From NCBI GenBank assembly GCA_015680685.1, contig MNCI01003473.1, forward strand, positions 13,293 through 77,292: a stretch of 64,000 bases of DNA. Direction: 5' to 3'. The position numbers and the translations under genes are program-made. The stretch's first letter is position 1, and the number at the start of each line of letters is the position of its first letter. Shown here one piece after another: positions 54,801-64,000 of this stretch. The DNA comes from Gnetum montanum (lineage: Eukaryota; Plantae; Gnetophyta). The notes beneath the pieces were generated by a model. That model ran no database searches and was not told the origin of the DNA. It saw only the letters and a list, made by a program, of their open reading frames with translations.

Positions 54801-55750
54801 CGACAAGGAAAGCACAACCATGCTAATAAGATTTTAGCCAAAAATATTGTTTATGATCATCAATTTTTTTTAAAAGCATACACGTTTGAAGGAATTTCCT
54901 GACTAATACTACAATGTTCCTAGAAGGTTAGCCTCTTTACCCTACTTTCATATTTCTTACAATAAATATAATAAATTCATAAATTAAAAAATCTATAAAA
55001 CCAACATCTTTCCAAGTTTTAACAAAATAAAAAATATCAAAGCTATCAATGAAGCTAATACTATTCAAATAAACAACTTTATTTACAATTCCACCATTAA
55101 TGTTAAGAAATCTATACATTAAAGGGCCTGTATGTTTTTTTGAATAATTTTTGGAATGCTACTTATTTGTAATGACTATCATGTTAGTAGCAATTAGGTA
55201 TGCTAAATTTTTTTTCACTATTCATCCATTTCTACAAGTCTCTTTTGGGTATTATCCTCATTAATCCAAATGTTTTTTCCATTATCATTTTACTTCATGT
55301 GGCTTTGATGTCTCCAAACATGAACTCTATCTTCTACATTATGAAACTTAATAATTAGATGTTGAGGATTTTCACATTATTCACTTGGGACCCTAAAATA
55401 TTTAGCAGTTTTTAGGGAAATATGCATATCATCTATAATTTTTTTAACTTTATTAAATAAAATTTCATCTATTTCATCCTCTGTATTTGAAAAACCTACA
55501 AAACATAATTTTTTATTTTCTCCTTTTCTCATCTTGTTCTTTCAAAGCTTTTGAGATTGTAGAGCCCATCTTTATCTCTATTTCTAAAAGATTAGATTTA
55601 TTTTTATTTTCCTCCATCTTGGCTTCAGGTTTTACTAATTTTAGCAAAATATTTTCATTATTCTTTTGAACAGTACTAGTTTTCTTTTTTCCCTCAATCT
55701 TATCTTTAATGGTTGATATCCTTCAAAGAATTTATTTACTTTGTTCATGC
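51890..55750 (-). mobile_element. Decayed LINE (RTE/RTEX-like) with ORF1, APE and RT
   Basis: Minus strand: IWINEDNT (ORF1-like), IFGDFNTR and NSCID (APE), QVGFR, KQGCPLFPTLFGIFID, LLSYANDV. 3' AATAAA followed by a short-unit tandem tail. Confidence 0.85.
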
Positions 55751-55984
55751 ATTTCATCTAGCAATGTCATTTTGCCAAACATATACTCTAAATGCAACTG
55801 AAATTTCTTTTAGAGTACTTGCATTGAGAGATTTTTTTTGTGTACCCTATGATGATTCCCTAATAAAATTTTTAAAATTCTTTAGTAAATAACTTAATCT
55901 CTTCAATAAAAAATATGCATTCATAAAATATTAGTCAATATCTCCTATCTCTAACTATCCTTCCTACTATCTTAGATCAAATTG

Positions 55985-56105
55985 ATGTTAAAACCCTCAT
56001 GGTATAAATCCTCAATGCTAAAACCCTCACTATCAAACCCATTTCTACCTCATATCAATGTTAAAACCATTGTCACTAAAACCCTCAAGACTAAAACCCT
56101 CACCA
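55985..56105. repeat. Degenerate minisatellite with AAAACCCTC core
   Basis: About six copies of taaaaccctc-like motif spaced roughly 15-30 bp apart. Confidence 0.6.
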
Positions 56106-56157
56106 CAAAAATTAATATTTGGGATTCATTCTAATTATTAACTTATTTTATTTTAGA

Positions 56158-56340
56158 GGACCACCACTTGAAGTAATGATAAGTTACTTGTTTCTCAAGT
56201 CATAAGACCTGAGTTTGAGCTTGGGTAAAGCCACTTAAAAGGGGTTGAATTTTTGTTTATCTACTAACCTCCTACGAGTGTGCCTTGGTGGGATGAGTAT
56301 TAAACCTTTAAATGATTATGATTTATTATCTTATTTTATC
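56158..56340 (+). mobile_element. Decayed tRNA-derived SINE-like element (partial inverted copy at ~57195-57260)
   Basis: A-box-like tgaagtaatga and B-box-like gagtttgagc. 56195-56247 is a reverse-complement homolog of 57198-57250. Confidence 0.45.
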
Positions 56341-58259
56341 TTGGGCATCAAGAATCCATTCTTGATCAATATGGGCTATATCTAATATTTCTTGGTGCCC
56401 CAAACTCCATGAGATAGCTATGGTGGATCATTTAAACCCTTTGTAAACCTATTAGCACTCATCTTAAACATATAAAAAATTTTTTATCATTAATATCATT
56501 TTTATAGAAGTGAAGACTCATTTTCTCATGTTTTTTTTGAGTGTCATGTTGCTTAGCATTCTTGGAAATAAACATCCAGAATTCATAAAAACTTTTAACC
56601 AAGCATCAATGAAGTCATTTTTGTTGATTAGACTACTTTGTATACTTTTTTTTCTTTCTATTTGAAAATATCTTTAACTACTTGTTTTCTACTCTATTTG
56701 GAAGCTTCAATGTGTCATTATTTTCTAGGTGAAAGAGTATAACTATGACATTTTTCAAAAGTCAAATACTAAAATTTTAAAGATGTCACTTTTTCACTAC
56801 AACTTTAAGTAACAAATATCTAATAGAAAGCTAAAAAATTAATTTATTTCTTATAGCATTAATTTCATTTTTGTTTTAGCTTTTGTTGCTATTTGTTCTT
56901 TATTTCTAATTGATATATTCTTTTATCTTTAGAAATAGTTTTCTTCTTCTCTTGACAAGAAATCCTTTAGTAAAAAGTGAAAACCCATGAAGGTGCTTTT
57001 GAATAAGTGCAAGGTTTGATTTTTTTCCTATCTCAGAGAGGAGGTATTTTAGGATTAGTTGTAAGAATGAAAATCTAAAAAGGTATCCCCAAAATCATTG
57101 TGATTTTTCTTTAGAATCTTTCTTTAATGATCTAATTTACTCTAAATATTTTAATGTTATTATTTATTTTTTAATGTTCGATACCCCCTTGAAATCCTAA
57201 CCTCTCTTAAGTGGCTGCACCCATGCTCAAACCATAGTCTTATGACATGAAATATAAGGACTTGTATTTTAATGATTATTTTATTTAAATTGTATGTTCT
57301 CCAGTGCTTGTGTTTATTATGTGTTTTTAAGATTAAAAAATGAGAAGCTTTAGCTTCTATTGTTATTTTTTATTTTTTATTAAAGCTTTCTTTTATCTTT
57401 AGAGAAAGTTTTCTGTTAGGGTAATTTTAAATAAGAACAAGAGCTAATAGTTTTCTTACTCTAAATGGAATGCTTTTAAAGATTGCTCATAAGGATAAAA
57501 TATTGAAAAGACATCAATTTGTTGGATTTTTCTTTATGCTCTATCTTCATTGATTTGTTGTGCTTTAAATTTTTTTAAACATTATTATTCATTTTTTAGG
57601 TTTGACACCCTCCATCCCTGTAATAAGTTGACTTATGAATAAGTCTATAATAAACCAGTTCCAACATTCTCTATTAAATAAAACATTTTCTTCAAATTTT
57701 ACTTTGAAATTGATGGGGTGAATTTTAATCTTATTTCTAGTGTAGATGTGATTAAGTCATTTTATGGCTTTGAATTATGATAATTACAGTGGTTCATATG
57801 AAGGAGATTAAGTGATTTTTTGTTTTTTAATTTTGAGTATTATGAAAGCTAACTTTTTGTCTTAGATCCACATATTTTGTGAAGTTTATAGTATCAATGA
57901 TGATCAACCCAATAGTCATAAACTCAAAGAGAGGACTTAGACATACATCAAACATCTTAGCCTCAATATTTAAGATACATAAAGCATTACATCAAATAGA
58001 ATGACTAGTCACAACTGCAAGTAATAATTATAATTGAGCACTAATAAGGAAATTAACAAACACTAATTAAATAAAAAATGACATGACACCATAATAGTGT
58101 TAGAACATAGCATTCATGATGTACAATGGTGAAGTAAATAAAGTTTTAATACAAAATGTAATTAGGAATTTATGTAAAAAGTAGTATTTTTAAAATCCTC
58201 CATAAAAAGACACGTAATGTATAGCTTACAAAAATTGAAAATTTAATCTAGTTATAAAA

Positions 58260-61200
58260 ACACTGAAATTTTTAACACTTAATGGTTTGGTAAAATCATC
58301 AGTAAGTTGAGCTTTGGTATTAATGTAATTGGGTGTGATGAACCTTTCAACAAAGGCATATTGAATATAGTGTGACAATGTCGATGTGCTTAATTCTTTC
58401 ATGAAACACTTGATTTTTAATCAACTTGATAGAACTTTAACTGTCATAATAAACTATTATTAGTAATATGATATTCTCCTTGGGTTCTTTAAATAATTGA
58501 TAGAGCTATTTTAATTCAGTAACCATGTTGATTGTAGTCCTATATTCTAATTTTTTGGAAGATAAGGAAACTAGCTTTTATTTTGTTGACCATGATGATA
58601 TTGTATTCCTATAATGTTTAATTATAAATCCTATAGTTAAACACCATGACAAAGTGTTGCCACCATATTTTGCATGTTTCTAACCCTCTAAATCATCCTT
58701 TGAAGGAAAATCATAGTTTAGACCATAATTAACAATGCCTCTTAGATATCTCAATATACCTAAAGCCAAATTGAGTTATATACTGATTGGTTTTTAAATA
58801 AATTGAGGTAAGAGATTAATAGAACATGAAATATCTAGTCTAGTATTGGTTAGATAAATTAACTTTAAAATCAAATTTTGTTACATCATGGAATCAGGAT
58901 TAGATTCATAATCATCTACACATGATGTAATGCTAGAATCTAATGGTGTTGATGAAGATGTATAATTTAGTATACTATATTCTTTTAACAAACCCAAAAC
59001 ATATTTCTTTTATGTAACTTGTATGTGTTCCATTAACTAATGAATTTGAAAACTAAGAAAGTAGTTGGGCAAGTCAAGGTTTGACATTTCAAACTTAGAT
59101 TTCAAATAATTTTTAACATGATGTATTATTCGAGAAATCTCCCCAATGATCACAATATCATTAACATATAAGAGGATAATTACACCCTTATGTGAGTTAT
59201 TTATTTTTATAACATAAAGACTGATATTTCTATTGGATCATTTGAATCCCATTTCATTTAGAAATTTATAAAATTTTATGTACCATTCATGGGATCCTTG
59301 CTTTAGTCCATATAAGGTTTTTTTTCAATTTGTAGATACAATCACTAAATTTAGAATCCATAAAGCCTTCAAGTTGGTACATAAAAATCTCTTCTTGTAG
59401 ATCTCCATTTAAAAAGGTAGATTTCACATCAAGGTAATAGAGTTTCCAACCATAGAATGCTACTAAAGATAAGATACACCATATGGTTTTTTTATTTCAT
59501 AGTGGATGCAAAGGTTTCTTGATGATCAATGTTTTTTCCTTACACAAAGCCTCTAATAACCAATTAGTATTTGTACTTATTCATCATATTATCAGTCTTC
59601 TTTTTTGATATGAAACACCTATTAGCATGTTAATACTTTTGATTGCGATGAATTATTAACTAGTTTTCATGTCCTATTTTTCATTAACATATTAACATAT
59701 TTTGCATATCAATCTTCATTTTTCATTACTTATTGCACACTCATGGGTTCTCTTACTTCAAATATTATATTTGACTTAGTCACATTAGAATTATCTTCAA
59801 TTACAAACATTCTTTTACATCATAGCCATTTCATTGGCATTTTATTGATGTGTTCCAACTTTTCTAGTCTTAAGTCTCTTAAATGACACTTGAACCAATG
59901 TGATTGCTATTGTGTTGAGGATTCCCCAAAATTAGAAGTCTCAATTATACTAGCTTCTTCATCACTATCTTTATAAGGGTGTAAAAAGTTCATAAGTAAT
60001 TATTGGCTTTGCTAGAGACCACTATGGTATTTTAAGTTGCAGTGTGATTCATTGTGTTACTAGATATGTTGAAGATGTTATTGAAAAAAACATCATGTAA
60101 CTTCAGAAACTTGTGATCCTTTATGTCCCATACTCAATATACTTTATGTTCTAGTGAGTAACCGAGAAACAAACCCACCATGGCTTTGTAGTCTAGCTTT
60201 TCACAGTATGCTTGTGGAACATGAACATAACAAGTTTTCCCAAATAGATGAAGATGTGCTATTGATGATTCCCTATTGTTGGACCATTATTTAATTGGAG
60301 GGACTCCTTTCAAAGCTACATTTGGAATTATGTTAACAATATATACAACATAGTATGCAACTTCTATTTATAATGATTTTGGTACTTGAGCATCATTTAA
60401 AATACATTTGATTATCTCAATTATTTATTTATTTTTCTTCTTAACAACACCATTTTGTTGTGGTCTATATGACACTGTGAACTTTTATTTGATACCATGT
60501 TTACTACAATATTACTTAAATTCATTAAAAACATATTCCCCATCATCATCTAATCTTAAAACACTTATCCTAACATTCCTTTTATTTTCAATCCTTGTTT
60601 GGAAATGTTTAAAATTTTTCAGAACTTGTGACTTTAGGACAATTCCATAAAGCCATGTCATTCGAATAAAATCATAAAAAAAGATAATAAAATACCTTTC
60701 ATTTCTTATTTCTTTTGGTTAAAATGGACCACATATATCTAAATGTATTATCTCAAGTGGTTTTGTTGTTTTAATCTCATGGGTTTTTTTGTAAACAATA
60801 GATAGTGCATTTTCCAAAACTTATATGAGATAGAATAAAGTATGTCATTTTCATCATAACATTTCATATTATTTTTATTAAATTAAATGCTTAAAACTTC
60901 ATTTTTTAATTAGAATTCTAAAATTAAGATCATTGCAAATTGTTTGTTATAAACATCTTTCAATTTTTATCCAAAAACCTTCATATCCTCACTTCTAATA
61001 ATTTTAATTGACTAGCCACTTCAATTCTTATCTATGTAGATAAGACATGTACTTTCTATATTTTAATAAAAATAAATTTTCCATAAAATGTTGTAAGGGT
61101 CTAGAATCAATATAGATGGAATTATCTAAGATGTCATTTACAATGAGAGCATTAAAGATCATGGTGAAAGATTAAGCCTCATTATTTACAACATTGGTAG

Positions 61201-61307
61201 TTCCTAGCTTTGGTTTAGATTGCTTTTTATTTTTCTTATTTAACATTTTACCTATTTTTTAACAAATTTATTAGCCTACCTTTTTATCATAACCATAGCC
61301 TTATGAT
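58260..61307 (-). pseudogene. Ty1/copia pol (PR-INT-RT-RH), interrupted at its 5' side by A5
   Basis: Minus strand: IHLDICGP, LRLDDDGEY, FLGYS, LDVKSTF, LYGLKQ, VFHERIKHID. Confidence 0.9.
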
Positions 61308-63853
61308 TGATGAGTAGTTTGGTATTCTAACACACAACCATACAAGTCACAAGTGTTCATGTGTGACTAGATTGTAATCAACAAATAGATAATGAAAGTA
61401 TACTAGTGAGTTGATGTTAAGTTTATGATCTTTGTCTTCCAACTTAGAGTTAGCGATGTGCAAATACTATGGTTTAACTCTTAGTGAGGTGTATGATAAT
61501 TGATGTTGGCTGGATCCTAATAAGGCTAAGTGTAAACATAGTGAAAGTGGATGTAAATTCTATTTGTAAGTACAATGAGAATGTAAAAATATTCTATTGT
61601 ACTAGGATAAACATCCATTTCTAGTTTTTTATACATATCATGGACTAATGTAATTGTTACTAGAATTACCAAGCAACTTTACCATTGAGCAAATCAAGTA
61701 GCTCACTACTAGATTATCAAACAATTACACTTTACGCTTGAAACTAGTCATACATATTTTACCTTACTAAGAGACATTGGTATAGTAAGTGCATAGGAAA
61801 TGTAAATGACCTAGTAAATGTAAACAACATGGAAAAGAAATCTATGCTAAGTAATATGCTGCAATGATAAAGAAAAATCTTGATCTTTATTACCATTCAT
61901 GAATTATGTCTAGGACCAATCCACTTGAATAAAAATTTAATAAAACTATAATTTACCACATTGTGGGCATTCACTCTAACTCTAACTTTATGAAAAAATC
62001 TACAAGAATTTCACTAAGTGTTGGCAAAAACTTGTTTTTTTGACATGATGGTGGATTGGTATTTATAGGCATGACCATGGTCCACTATATTGTATCTATG
62101 ATGACATATGTAAAGCTACGATATCATAACTACGATATCATAGATAGAATATCATATACTTCTATATATAATGTTTCATCATAACCCCACTACTAATTGA
62201 AAGCTCATTCTTGAGTTTAGAAAAAAAAAAGGATAGATTTCCTTATAAACTTGTGAGGTTACATAGACTGCAACATTATGACATATATGTACATAATTGA
62301 CTCTACTATGAATGCTACATTGTGGTTTGAGTGGTATTACCAAATTATTATGTAATTCATGATTGACACAATTTATAAATACAAAAAAAAAAATTAAGCT
62401 CAATGTATCTTTCTTTATGCTCCATGCGGTGGTGGCTCCTTCATTGGCTTCTTTTCCTTATTTTCAAGCTTATGAAAATAATATTTACTTGTTAGTGCTA
62501 TGGGTTTCTCTTCTTCTAACTTAGGATCATGTACCATTCATGCAATATTAGTGATGTTGGCTAGAGTTAGTACTTTTTAAGGACATGACAGTTGTGAGAA
62601 CATCTTATTTACCTTGATGTATCATACTTCAAACTACATCCTTTCCTCCTCAAAAGCTTTGACCACTTTCTTCAGTTCCTAATAGTCTATCATTCTTCTA
62701 GCCAAGTTTGCTACTACATCTTTTTTATTCTTGTAGCTAGCTTTAACTACTTGTAATTCATATTTTTCTATGTGAAGATTCTTTTTGACATCTTTTATAT
62801 AGAAAAACTCCTTTTCATACATTGAATACACTATAGCCACTATTGTAGCAATTTTGTTCTTGGCCTACCTGTTGTAAAAATGGCCAAGTTAGCGTATCAA
62901 AGATTAGCTAACCTATGTATTTTGTCAAATCCTCAATTTATAGGTCTTTATTCTTTATTTTGGCTTGATGTATGTGGGAAAGACTATCCAAGATAGGTTG
63001 CCAATCTAGTGTTTGTTCTATAATGAAGTTGATTCTAGCTTTGCCCATATGGATTTCTTTTTTATTAATTTTCTTATACATGTCCACTTGGTCTCTAAAG
63101 TGTTCTTTCAACCATTCATGTTCCTTAACATTATTTTGTCACATGCTAATCTTAATTGCTGATTTTTGTTGCATGATGCAAACTTCTTCCATTGATAAGG
63201 CTCTATTTTTATGGGTCAATTGTCTTATGTAAAGGTTGACATTGGTAAATTACTCTCTCAATTAATGAATGCTTTCTTCTAGCACATTCTTCTAATTCTT
63301 AATGTCTATCAACCTTATTTTTTCAATAGTAATATTATTATTTTCTTCTTCTAATGTAATTATAGCTTTGACATTGGTGTATGTCTAGGCATTAGCTATT
63401 AAAGCATTTCACACTATCTTTTTCTTCTCCATCTCCATTTGTATGTATTTGATCATCAATTGGCCAATCTACCCATTTCTAAATTATTCAAGCTAGTTAG
63501 GTGTAATGTGCCATCTAGGATCTTGTCTTTCAACTCTGAATGCAACTAATTTCTCTTGTAACCTTTGCACTTCATATTCTACATGTTATGTTCACGTTTT
63601 CACCATAACTAGTTTTTCTTTTGTTGAGATCAGTTTGGATTGGACTACAGTGCTATCACTGGGGATATTAAAATGCTTCTGCATGACTTATCCTTCTATA
63701 GTAGTCTCTCCAACACATCTTCATGCTTTGTGAGGGCCATTGATGTTTTGTTTTGTCTATGGTTTCTACATCTTTAACTCTAGTAATATTAGTTAGTGGC
63801 ACAATAGAAATATTGAAGGATTCTTTAATATGGTCTGGAATATTGACCCACTG
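61308..63853 (-). mobile_element. Family A copy A5: 3' LTR (61308-62181), PPT and coiled-coil 3' extra ORF (62420-63850)
   Basis: TGATG..CATCA LTR homologous to the A3 LTR, tagtagtgggg PPT-like tract, ORF C-terminus matching A3 40553-41040. Confidence 0.85.
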
Positions 63854-63899
63854 TGATGAGTGGCGAGGTACCCCTACACTCCACCATACGAATACGAGT
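63854..63899 (-). mobile_element. End of a younger family A LTR (A6) inserted in A5
   Basis: tgatgagtggcgaggtacccctacactccaccatacgaatacgagt with CpGs intact; stops at an N. Confidence 0.8.
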
Positions 63900-64000
63900 N
63901 GGTCAATATTCCAGACCATATTAAAGAATCCTTCAATATTTCTATTGTGCCACTAACTAATATTACTAGAGTTAAAGATGTAGAAACCATAGACAAAACA

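Noticed and set aside
55985-56105. Interstitial telomere
   Set aside because: There is no contiguous (TTTAGGG)n tract.
56158-56235. tRNA gene
   Set aside because: No foldable cloverleaf; only decayed A/B-box-like motifs.
57170-57620. Copia 3' LTR start (PPT-like tracts at ~57185 and ~57610 on minus)
   Set aside because: There are two competing candidates and no partner LTR in the window to confirm either.
63749-64000. Perfect 100-bp inverted duplication (63901-64000 vs 63749-63848)
   Set aside because: It is identical, begins immediately after a single N, and lies within otherwise decayed sequence, so it is most likely a scaffolding artefact rather than a hairpin locus.

Overview
This is an AT-rich, gap-containing plant nuclear region made almost entirely of nested, decayed retrotransposons; I find no host gene, RNA gene or CRISPR array. 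The oldest layer is an Athila-type Ty3/gypsy element, B (about 5637-47990, +). A Tat/Ogre-type element, C (about 16920-46391, +; PROT...RT-RH-aRH-INT), sits in its env-like ORF. C carries two TSD-flanked copies of a second Athila-like family, A (A2 29584-38579, +; A3 39506-44155, -). Other family-A copies (A1, A4, A5, A6), an orphan Met-PBS LTR, a LINE, SINE-like relics and a Ty1/copia pol fill the rest. The most unusual structure is in element C. An 8.4-kb spacer between protease and RT holds an antisense, multi-exon gene with plant-mobile-domain-like motifs, next to an array of a decayed 24-bp palindrome whose core also occurs in C's LTRs. This may be an element-encoded protein plus its binding sites. 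Family A includes pol-less derivatives (Gag-PR only, or Gag joined to a coiled-coil 3' ORF). All alignments and translations were done by eye, and boundaries not marked by TG..CA or a TSD are approximate.
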